Notes under the pieces: model-generated
Told to the model about the DNA's origin: nothing
Database searches by the model: none
The model's input: the letters and a program-made list of their open reading frames with translations, nothing else
Assembly (NCBI GenBank): GCA_002269645.1
Contig: NIVC01000850.1
Coordinates: 248,001-312,000 of the forward strand
Reading direction: 5' to 3'
Source of the DNA: Macrostomum lignano
Taxonomy: Eukaryota
Length of the DNA stretch: 64,000 nt
Part shown: positions 13,953-62,407 of the stretch, one piece after another
Layout of the letters: each line of letters begins with the position of its first letter
Position numbering within the stretch: the first letter of the stretch is position 1
Position numbers and translations under genes: made by a program

Positions 13953-16269
13953 CCGAGCCAGCTGCTCTTCAAATTCGGTCTCATGCATCTGTTCAATACT
14001 TGTTGATTCGTCCGTGTCAAAGCAAAAATCTTTTTGTCTAAAACAGCTGCGCGGGTTAGAAAGTGCAAAACAGACCAAGATATACTCAGTGGAGCCATTC
14101 GACTCATTGGCTTTCGAGAATTTAGCCAAATTGCAAAAAGCTGACAAAACTGATAAAGCAAAACCAACTCACAGAGTCCAAATTTCTCTTCCGTTGCTGT
14201 CGATATTTCAGTGTTAACTTTTCGCTGCAGACAGATAACGGATCGCGAGCGCATTTGCACGCAAGATGGGCGCGTGTGTACATTCTCTAACTGAAGTGCA
14301 GAGTTTAAAGAGCATACGGTGCTCATGACAAAACTCTGGCGCAATGCGATACACAAACTGCTATATGGTCGCAGGTATTCGAGCGATAATTTGAGTATAG
14401 AAACCAAAAGCGTAATGATGTCGTCAAAAATGAAGTCGTTTTAGAAAGGGCGTAAAACTTTCCATTTCTAAGTAGTATCTCTATTTATTCCACGCCTTGT
14501 GAAAGAATTGAACTTCAGTCTAGTCTGGAAAATCGCGTGCTTGGCGTGGCTCAAGGTCATTTGCATTCAAGAAGTAAACGTCACGCGATCGTCATGTGGT
14601 GATTCAAGTCATCTGCATTCAAGAGGCAAAAGTCACGCGATCGTTGCGTGGTGATTCAAGGTTATCTCTATTCAAGAAGTAAACGTCATGCGATCGTCGC
14701 GTGGTGATTCAAGGTCATATGCATTCAAGAAGTAAACGTCACGCGATCGTCGCGTGGTGATTCAAGGTCATATGCATTCAAGAAGCAAACGTCACGTGAT
14801 CGTCGCGTGGTGATTCAAGGTCATCTGCGCTCAAGAAGCAAACGTTAAATATGCGACACGTGCTATGCGCACGACTTTTTATCAGTTTAATGTTTGTTTA
14901 TTAAATGCCACGTGCAAGAGTTTAGAGGTAAATATTTATCCCATGACTTCCATTCATACACTTAAAACAAAGTGATAACTGCACCTAAAAGTGGAAAAAT
15001 ATTAAACCTCTATTGTTTATTTCGAACCAGATGGGTGATGGATAATGGAATGCCAGAAAGAAAAAAGAAATCAGCCTCATCGAATTGCAAATTAGCTCGA
15101 TCATAGCTCGGCGCCTCAGCTATTGAAGCCGCTGCTCCTCAGAACCCGTCCCACGTTCAGAAAGGATTTTTTAGCTCAAAACCTATTTATTCCAGAAAAT
15201 GTCTCAGCCCCTCATGCTCAAACCCGAGGCGGCGGCAGTTTACACCGGAGGTGCATGCAAATAGCCTATATTGGCTTCCACCGAGGGCGTAAAATCGAAT
15301 ATTGCGTAGGAGGACAAATCCTGTGCATTAGCTGTGTTTGTCTCACCGATACCTGCGAGAGAGGTTCGCAGTGGGTGTCTCAGCTGCCAAGGAAATGAAT
15401 TGAATCTTTAGAAAAAGTTCTAACCTTTTTTAGGAAGCATAAACTTGAATCCCTATCTGTAGTTTAACGGTTGAATTCCTCGAAATGGATTTTAGGATTA
15501 GTAGTGGTAGCTTAGAATCACTTTTTGATCACAGAAACCACAGCTTCCTAGAATCACTTTTAGCTTCCTAGAATCACTTTTAGCTTCCTAGAATCACTCT
15601 TAGCTTCCTAGAATCACTCTTAGCTTCCTAGAATCACCCTTAGCTTCCTAGAATCACTCTTAGCTTCCTAGAATCACTCTTAGCTTCCTAGAATCACTCT
15701 TATCTTCCTAGAATCACTCTTAGCTTCCTAGAATCACCCTTAGCTTCCTAGAATCACTCTTAGCTTCCTAGAATCACTCTTAGCTTCCTGGAATCACTCT
15801 TATCTTCCTAGAATCACTCTTAGCTTCCTAGAATCACCCTTAGCTTCCTAGAATCACTCTTAGCTTCCTAGAATCACTCTTAGCTTCCTAGAATCACTCT
15901 AAGCTTCCTAGAATCACTCTAAGCTTCCTAGAATCACTCTTAGCTTCCTGGAATCACTCTTATCTTCCTAGAATCACTCTTAGCTTCCTAGAATCACCCT
16001 TAGCTTCCTAGAATCACTCTTAGCTTCCTAGAATCACTCTTAGCTTCCTAGAATCACTCTTAGCTTCCTAGAATCACTCTTATCTTCCTAGAATCACTCT
16101 TAGCTTCCTAGAATCACTCTTAGCTTCCTGGAATCACTCTTATCTTCCTAGAATCACTCTTATCTTCCTAGAATCACCGCCACCTTGGATTGGCACGAGT
16201 TCTCTACCTAACTTTATATCGCCAACGAAAAAGTACAAAAATAAGTGCAAAGAAAAAAGTTAAAATCAT
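13953..16269 (-). CDS. Tentative 5' exons of the STRA6-like gene (hydrophobic leader plus Cys-containing ectodomain)
   Basis: Candidate exons 16269-16213 (MILTFFFALIFVLFRWRYK), 15383-15246, 14290-14173 and 14140-13953 join in frame with GT/AG boundaries to exon 13406. No homology support is visible, and some donors are weak. Confidence 0.4.
14570..14845 (+). repeat. Minisatellite, 53 bp
   Basis: GTGGTGATTCAAGGTCATATGCATTCAAGAAGTAAACGTCACGCGATCGTCGC. Confidence 0.9.
15540..16178 (+). repeat. Minisatellite, 20 bp
   Basis: TAGCTTCCTAGAATCACTCT. Confidence 0.95.
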
Positions 16270-16449
16270 TTTTCAACAGTGTTCTCCATTTTAATTGCCA
16301 TCGGTACAAATCGCAAACAAAATGATATCTCCTGAATTCTGCCAACTCAACAACAGTAAAAATCTCCCATAGGCTGCATCTGTCCCACTGCTCAAATGAA
16401 AACGCACTTCTCACGGCTATACGAGCCTGCTATTGGTTGCTATGCAGGC

Positions 16450-16456
16450 TATAAAA
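16450..16456 (+). promoter_or_regulatory. TATA box of the prohormone-like gene
   Basis: TATAAAA at 16450, with an inverted CCAAT (ATTGG) at 16432. It is followed by a probable non-coding exon ending at donor AG/GTAAGT (16589/16590) and an acceptor CAG at 16679-16681 upstream of ATG 16727. Confidence 0.6.
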
Positions 16457-16726
16457 GCTGCGCCCACACCCGCGGGGGTGGCGCCTTCCCAGTTCGCTGC
16501 TGCCGCCGCACATCCAAGCGAGATCCCACGCCTACGCACCACCCGTGCCGGCACTTCAAATCTGCATTTGAATAGTTGGCGCTCTAGAGGTAAGTCAGCT
16601 AGGGCTTCAATATATCCTATTAATTCTCTTTAATTAATTGATTTCAAATTTCTTGAGAAAAGATTATCCAATTCAAACCAGGCAGACAATTTTTTTGTAA
16701 CCGAGAGAACAGCCCAGTGACACAAT

Positions 16727-17050
16727 ATGCGCACCTGGCAAGCTCTACTAATCTGCATCCTGGTGGCAGTCGCAGCCGCCGTGCCCGCCTCTCCGGTTTT
16801 GAGCGAAGATCGTCCGGACAGTCGGGACAACCAGCAGCAGCTGCTGCTCCACCGGCGGAAACGCCAAACCGACGCTTGGAACGGTCACGAGATCTACTTC
16901 CCGTTCTTTGGGAAGCGTTTCCACCAGCTGCGGGTCAAGGACGTCGAGTACAAGAAGAGCAAGGACTACGTTAGAATTGACGATTTGGACAAGTTGAAGA
17001 AGAAACGGCTGTCTGCGGCTTGGTTGAACCAACTAGACAAGTTAGACTGA
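16727..17050 (+). CDS. Secreted neuropeptide/prohormone-like precursor (107 aa)
   Basis: Hydrophobic signal peptide MRTWQALLICILVAVAAAVPA, an RRKR site, then QTDAWNGHEIYFPFF-G-KR (pyroGlu start, amidation Gly, dibasic site), and further KK and KKKR sites. Exon-like GC content matches the host genes. Confidence 0.8.
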   Translation: MRTWQALLICILVAVAAAVPASPVLSEDRPDSRDNQQQLLLHRRKRQTDAWNGHEIYFPFFGKRFHQLRVKDVEYKKSKDYVRIDDLDKLKKKRLSAAWLNQLDKLD

Positions 17051-18472
17051 CTCGCCTAACCTGTTAATGGACAAGACAGCTCGAACAAAATCTGTAAAAA
17101 CTGTGTCACAATGACCAATTTGTCGTTTTCGAATATACATATGATCTGCTAATCCTAAAGCAGAGAACAGAAATCCTCGAAAAGCTATTGACTCAGACTA
17201 TTGGAATTGCCGATAGTTTTATAAAACTCAAGGCAACAATGAAATCGTTGTTCTCTGGCGATGGGATGTCAAATTGTTTCATGACTGCTTTTCTTGGTGT
17301 TGCTTTGGCCAATCGCTGCTTACATTAATGAAGCCTGATCTGTTTCAGAGCTTTTCGTATATACTCAGCAACATTGAAAAGTCGCCACCTATTATTGCTC
17401 CAGTGATCGCAGTGTCTTTCACCAGAGTCCATCACCTGGCCAACCATTTTGATATTCAAAAATGCTTGAAAAAAAAACAAAAAAACCCAGGTCGTGGCGC
17501 CTATCGTGGAAATACAGCTAGTCTGTGTGTAAATGTACTAGCTACTCGCTCTGCTCAAAAACTACTTTGATTAAATAAGTTTGTATTGCAGCATCTGAGA
17601 CTTGTATATGCAATTCGAATCAAATCTGATTAAGGGACGGAAAGGATCAAAATTAAAAACACGGCTCGTGCAAACGATCTCACGAATCTTAATCTTCTAC
17701 ATGTAGTTTATGCAGGCAATTACATTTCGCAACTGGAAAGAAAAAGGATAAAATTTCAGGCCACTCGTACAAGCTTAATAATATACATGCATATGAAACC
17801 TATATACAACAGAGAATAGGTCGTAGATCACCGAGACCTGAAAAGTACATGCATGTTATGCACTGTACGTGTACATGAGCACGGTAAATTACAGCTTTAA
17901 ATGTACGAGTATACTGTACATGCATATAAAATTCTGAAACAGCTGGAACGTGTCAGAGTACATGTTTAAATAATACTTCCTGTCAATGTACCTCTATATA
18001 TATTGTACTACAGTGCACAGTAATGTACATGTACATCATTAGCCGCGTTTTAATTGGAAGATTTCAACGTCGGTTGGCGCATGAAATTTAACCCTATAGT
18101 GGTCGTAATAGGAATTTTCAATAAATCATGCAGATGAGCGCTATAATTTTATATATTGCATATTATATTGCATTTATATTACTTAAAATGTAATTAAATA
18201 CATGTACCTACTACATGTTACAGCTAAAGACCTGCATGAGTGTCGAGACATTATTGAAAGCATGCATGCATGCAACCACTGCAGTACACAGTACATGTAA
18301 ACTGAAGCAAAAATTGCGTCTAGCCACTCAAACAGTGGGGCCCAATATTAAAAAAAGCTTGTGAGTGCGCCTATTAAAATACCCCGCGACACATGATTTG
18401 TAGCTCGATCTCTATTTATAAAAAGAAACATTGCTGCATATACATGTACGTACATGTACTGTGAATACTGAC

Positions 18473-18558
18473 CAGTGGCGGCGCAGGGGGGAGGCGGGGG
18501 GGGGGGGCTGTACCCCCCGGGGGACCACCGGTAACCCCCCGCTGCGCCGCCACTACTG
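18473..18558. mobile_element. 86-bp hAT-like MITE
   Basis: TIRs CAGTGGCGGCGCAG / CTGCGCCGCCACT(AC)TG and an exact 8-bp flanking duplication ATACTGAC (18465-18472, 18559-18566). Confidence 0.75.
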
Positions 18559-20866
18559 ATACTGACTAGTACTGTGTGCTGCAGTATGGACAGGCGAAGA
18601 AAATTTATTCATATTAAAATCAGTAGTAGTACGTATTTCAATTCAAACTAGAAATGTAGAGTCGCGGAGTGTTCACTTTTTTAACGTAAGCGTATTAACA
18701 AAACATTATATATTTGATGCACTTTGATCGTCAAAAACTGTTAATAACTGAAAAAAATTTTTAATTAAACTATTTAAATATTTTTATATAGATTTTAAAC
18801 GCAAAAGTTTGTCTCTAAGAAAAATAATAAACCACTTCTAACACATGAGTTTTCAAAGAAAAGAAGTTCAGAATCGATTTTCATGTCCTATGAGTTTTTG
18901 CTTGTAGCTATGTATATTTATTGATAAGTGTTGAAGAATATGGTCAGAATATTAAGAAAATATGATCTTAATCTTAAGTCAGGATTCACTACTAACTGTT
19001 TTAATTGTTATCTAATCATTTAAGTTCATTGTTGTGTAATGTTTGTGTTTAAGACTGGTTGATTTTTAGGTCTTATATCTCAAGCATTATGAGTGTGTTT
19101 TGTGTGGCGCTTCAACAATAATAAAAAAGCAATCAATATACCATACTGTTGTATCTCTAATAGATAATAGATAAGCCACACAACTAAGGTTGGGGATACA
19201 CCACATACATGGAAAATCCATTTGTCATTTTAGGCCTACTTACTGTCTAGGAAATTAGTTTAATTTTCGCGATTTTTACTTTGTTATTGTTACCATCCCA
19301 CTATTGTCATTTTGATTGTATCTCTAGATAAAATTACTCTTCTAAAATTCCTACATTCTAAATAAGATTTTCATTATTCAATTGTATGTACTATTTGGTA
19401 TGTACAGCTATATGGCCAATTTATAAGATTCTTCCATTATGGGTATCTTGACAAACTATACATTGCAACTCAATGTCAATATATAGTAATATAATTAATT
19501 AATATATATTAAGATGCAGAGGGGAGGCCCCTTGTGCACACACACTCGCAGAACAGGTGGGAGGGGCAGGCAATAACAGCCTAAAGCCAAGGGGTCAGCT
19601 CAAGTGCTTATAAGTTAGCAATGAAGCATATGACAGTTGAGTTGGATATATTTGAAATCTTAATATTAAATCAATGTCTATATATTCTCTCAATACTCTA
19701 TAGAGATTAGACATATATGTAAATGAATAGAGGACATTACCATTATAATTTTTGTTCAAATTTCTAAAATTATCACTTTTGGACTTAATATGATAATATA
19801 TTCATATATAGTCAATAGGCCAAATATTCCTATCAGTACAATGTCCAAAAATCATTGGGGGCTAAATGATAAAAGTTTAGAATTTTAAAGTTTAGAAGTT
19901 TAGAAGTTTAGTTTAGAAGTTTAAATTCTCTAACCAATCATATAGATACTGGCAAACCATTTTTAATATATAGATCTCAGTTTAGACTTATTGATTTTCA
20001 TTTTGCATATTATATGCATATTTTAGCATGATCTCCACTATTGAAATAGGCCTCTAATATCATTAAAAATATACAGGATAAGCCAGAAATTCATAGTGTA
20101 AATATTGCTTGGCAATAGTAAGTTTGTTTTTTTCTATGATAATTCAATACTTTATAATATTAGCATTATACTAAAGATCATATCATGTATAGGCCTATTA
20201 GAAATTTCTAGTATACAAGCTAGAATAATTGGCATATACATGGGTCATTGTGTACAAAATATATTAAAAGATCTTTTGGCATACCATTTAACAATTTAGA
20301 CATGCTATATGAAGCTACAGCTATGGGATCCTATGGCAAATACGGTAAAATAGGTGCCTATAGCAGCTACAGATACACCTACAGTAGCTAGCTGCTCTTA
20401 CAGTTACAAATATGGAAATATGGTAGTTGTTGTCACATTCTGTAGATTCCCATAGCTGTAGTTATTAATGTTAAAAAATTTAAAAAAATATTAGAAACAA
20501 GTAGAGTAAAACAAAGATACTTTTAGTAAACTGTATTATGAACTTACAAACTGTTAAAATATACCTAATAAAGTACAATAAAACACTATAAAACTCTAAT
20601 TTTTATTAATGTGAAACAGTTTAGCATTGGTACTTTCAGTAACAATTAAGTATTGTTGCTTTGAAAAAAGACAAAATATAATCTTACAAAGGCAATCAAG
20701 TGTTTCTTTTATTTTCTAACCTTATTTGCAGTTGTTTAAGCACTAGGTTATCTTCTTGATTCAAAATATTTTGTTTGCTAGACTTTTTGTTAAAACTATG
20801 GCTATGGCTACAGGAACTATGGGAATATGGTAATATTGGGTTCATACATGCGCAACTTTGGGAATC

Positions 20867-20988
20867 ACCCAGCTGTTTCTATTGGCAACACATACATGTA
20901 AGTTGCTATTGGCTGAGAGCAGTTACGTGACTACTATTCTGTCCAATAGCAACTTACGTGTGTGTGTTGCCAATAGAAACAGCTGGGT
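20867..20988. mobile_element. 122-bp foldback/MITE-like element
   Basis: 46-bp inverted arms (20867-20912, 20943-20988; 44/46 match), a 30-nt loop, and a 5-bp direct repeat GAATC on both sides. Confidence 0.7.
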
Positions 20989-22356
20989 GAATCCCAAGGT
21001 TGCACCCAAGCATGATTGGGTTCCCTATGGCTACAGAATATGGAGAATTGGAATAAGCCATAGTTTTGCTTATGGCTATGGCTACGGTAAATGGAGTCAT
21101 GGACCCTCCTTATGGCAGAACACTAAAGTATAACTTCAAAGTATAACTAAAATAAGAAAGTTTGGCATATATTGGCATTTTATAATGTATTTTAAATCTA
21201 TATTTATATACACTCAGGAGCATTGAAAAGTTGCCACCCTTTGCCCTAGTGAGCAATGTTTTCAACTAGCATCTATCATCTGGCCAACCATGTTGATGCT
21301 TGAAAAATGTTTGAAAAGCAATAAAAACTGGATAGAAGCTTCAATCCATCCAATCTTTGCCCTCTGCTCTTCTTAATCCCTTCTCACCTAGCCTAACTTT
21401 ACATCACATGGCACAAGTTATATCATTCAAAACATAAAGTATATATTCAAGATGATCTCCATGTTTCCTATTTATTCAACATTAAAAAGTTTATAATAAC
21501 AATTGAACTTTCAAATCATACTTAAAAATTTATATTGCATTAAAAATTCTATGATTTTTTTATTATAGCCCAGAAGTTAGGAAACAAATTGCATATTAAA
21601 ATGGTATACCAATAGATTTCAATATATATAAACCAAAGCAAAGAGTATATTAAGCAGAAATAAGATAAAAATTAAACAATTGGCATTTATATAAATAATA
21701 TAAGTAGATTTTAATAGCTAATTTTTAATAACACTTTTCAAATTGCTATCTTGAATTTTTATTTTAATTTTTTACATTTTTTAAAGTGAAAATGCTAGTA
21801 TGTAACATTGGTATGGTATATTGCCATAAAAATCATTTAAATTATTGGCATACATTGGTATAAAAAGGTAGAAAATTGATTTGAATTTAATCATTGATAT
21901 ACTAATATCATGATTTGGACTATTGAGCTCTAAACTTGTCTTGAATGCCTCTTATTAAAATTGAAATATGATTTATTTTTCTACATTTTTCTAAATTAAT
22001 TATTACCTATCATTTTTTGAATTAATTTAAGAATATAATATTCTTAGTATAAAATGAGAGTGACAAGAGTTGGAAAAAGAGGTGACCAAAAAAGCTTTTG
22101 ATTTCATGGCACATATTTTTAGGTTTTTTAAATTTTATCTTATGCCATACCATGGTAGTTATGACTTCTTTTAGAGAATTCTTCACTTGAAATTTCAAGT
22201 TTCAAGCATTGCTTTTTAAGATATCATATAACAACTAGATAGTTTTTTTGTATTTTTAATAGTTTAACAACATATTTGAATACAAGCATAAATTAATTTT
22301 CTAGCTCTTTATAAGAAAAAATATGTCACTTTCTCCTAGCCACAGATTCTAAAACA

Positions 22357-22772
22357 ACTAGATGGGCCCACTCAGGCATATATTACATAGTAAAACAGCT
22401 TTCTACTTTCAGTTCAGTAGCAAAGAAGAATACATAAGCTATTTTATAAAAAGAAGGCAGCTGAAATGACTTTGATAAGTTTAGAAGCCCAAGCTTGCAG
22501 GCGTAAACAACTTGCTAATTGGTTCAGCTACAATGTACATTGGCCAGTCCACTGAAATGTACATGGCAGCTTTAGGCTGAAATTCCGAGAAAGGCAATAA
22601 AAATTTGGGTGGGAGTAAGTGTGGAAAGACGCGGCTGGAGGGGGGTTTAAGCTGGTTGAGGTAAGAGCCATAAACGAGTCTTGGCTTTAAAAATACAATA
22701 AAATGCTTCTGTTTAACTTACTACTGAACTGAAAGTAGCTTACTCGCAAATGTGCTGAGTGGCCCATCTAGT
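22357..22772. mobile_element. ~410-bp TIR element, copy A
   Basis: Ends ACTAGATGGGCCCACTCAG / CTGAGTGGCCCATCTAGT. A reverse-complement copy lies at 51473-51875. No clear TSD. Confidence 0.8.
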
Positions 22773-22901
22773 TATTCTAGGATCTGTGCTCCTACCTAAG
22801 ATAGGAATTTCTCTTCACAAATAAGAGTGATATCTCTCACGAACAATTTAAACTTCTGCAATAATCCAGCCTGTATAATTTTAATCGCTCCGCAAGCAAC
22901 C

Positions 22902-60708
<37,807 letters not shown>

Positions 60709-61499
60709 TTTTCGCTGTAAAACTCGAAACAAATTTTAATATACTCTACTTTTACTAGATAACGGAGCTCATTTTTAATTGTTCTTTTGTTTAAATTTGA
60801 TTTTTCGTTAACTCAGTTATTTTGTGCTTTAAATTTCTTAAAAAAGAAGTCCGATGTTAATATTATTTATTTTCCGCCGCACTTTTCTCTTTTTCTCTAC
60901 TTAGATGAGTAGCAAAATTAGCGTTTTTTGCTAAAAAAGAAAATTTACACAAACCACCGTGCCTTGTTGAACAAGCGAATTTTTTCAACAGTTTTTTCCT
61001 CTTGTGATAGAATTAATCCGTCCAATTTTTCTAAGATGTTCTTTCTGTGATATTAAATTATTAGATCTGAACTTCTTACACTCGCTGCCGTGTATTAATG
61101 TGATTATAGAATTTTGTGTGCAAGTTTTATCTATCCATCTATTCCTGTTTTAGATCTATAGACCTCTCTTTTTTCTTGCACTGAATTGACGAAACTGCGA
61201 ATTAAAAAGAGTTAAAAGTTTTCTTTTGGAATTACTCGCTTTATTTCTTTGTTGCATATAGTTATGTAGAAAGATTATATTATATATTTTATTTTATATT
61301 ATACTCAAATATATCGGTTCACGCTTTGATGCCATGCACTCGCGCTGTTCTCAGCGGAAAATTTTGTGCTTGGATTTTTTTTAGAAAGTTAGGCTTGCTG
61401 TTCCGCTGGCATTGCGTCTGTGTGCCGTCAACCCTCTGGCAAATATTGAATTTTTATGGAATTTCCCATAGATTTTCCTAATATACATCAAAGCACGGA

Positions 61500-61890
61500 T
61501 TACCCAATGTACATCATAGCAGGGATTTCCCACGGATTTCCCTAATGTACTTCATTGCACCGATTTCCTACGGATTTCCCTAATTTACTTGCTAGCAGGG
61601 ATTCCCCATGGATTTCCCGAATGTACTTCATAGCAGGGATTCCCCATGGATTTCCCCAATGTACTTCATAGCAGGGATTTCCCACGGATTTCCTCAATGT
61701 ATTGTAAATCATAGCAGGGATTCTCCACGGATTTCCCTAATGTACATCATAGCAGGGATTCCCCACGATTTTCCCTTATGTCCATCATAGCAAGGGTTCC
61801 CCAGGGATTTCCCCAATTTACTTAATAGCAGGGATTCTCCTTAGATTTTCCCAATGTACTTCATAGCAGGGATTCCCCACGGATTTCCTC
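61500..61890 (+). repeat. Degenerate ~39-bp repeat upstream of the POP1 exon
   Basis: CATAGCAGGGATTCCCCATGGATTTCCCCAATGTACTT. Confidence 0.85.
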
Positions 61891-61909
61891 ATCGCTTGCT
61901 CTATTCCAG

Positions 61910-62328
61910 GATTCATCACCTCAACGACGCCAAGGAGCGGCCGCTGCATCAGCTGACGAAATCGAAAACCCTCAGCAGGAGGGGATTCGAGTCCTGGACT
62001 TCGCCGCTGCCAGAGCCGCCGAGCTGCAGCACCTGGAGTCTCAGCTGGGCCTGGTGTCCAGCGGCTTCGTCCACGGACTGCAGCGGCTTCCCCGGCGAAT
62101 GCGACGACGGGCGGCCAGTCATAATCCGCGTCGGTTGCCGTTGCGACTCCGGCGCTCGACGTTCAACGAGGCCCAGGCGCTGATGGCCAAGCAGAAGCTG
62201 CGCCGGCAGCAGAAGAAACGCTTGAAGCGACTGTTCCGAAGGCGGAACCGGACTAGGCTGGGGAAAGAGCGGCCTGATTGGCTGGCCACGCACCTGTGGC
62301 ACGCCAAGCGGTTTCATATGGTGACCAA
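61910..62328 (+). CDS. POP1: RNase P/MRP subunit POP1, early coding exon (gene continues beyond the window; start exon not found)
   Basis: Acceptor TTCCAG/ at 61909 and donor /GTGAGT at 62329. Translation DSSPQ..IRVLDFAAARAAELQHL..LQRLPRRMRRRAASHNPRRLP..WLATHLWHAKRFHMVT matches the POP1 N-terminal signature. Confidence 0.88.
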
Positions 62329-62407
62329 GTGAGTGCATTCTTGGCTGAACTAATTGCGTATGAAAACTGAACCTGTTGCTTAACAACGCATCTAACAACC
62401 CATGGGA

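Noticed and set aside
17274-17570. 98-aa ORF downstream of the peptide gene
   Set aside because: No recognisable motif, non-ATG start, and runs into A-tracts; probably UTR or intergenic.
18600-22350. Very AT-rich 3.7-kb stretch suspected to be a decayed transposon
   Set aside because: No ORF or matching termini could be supported, apart from the small hairpin element listed.
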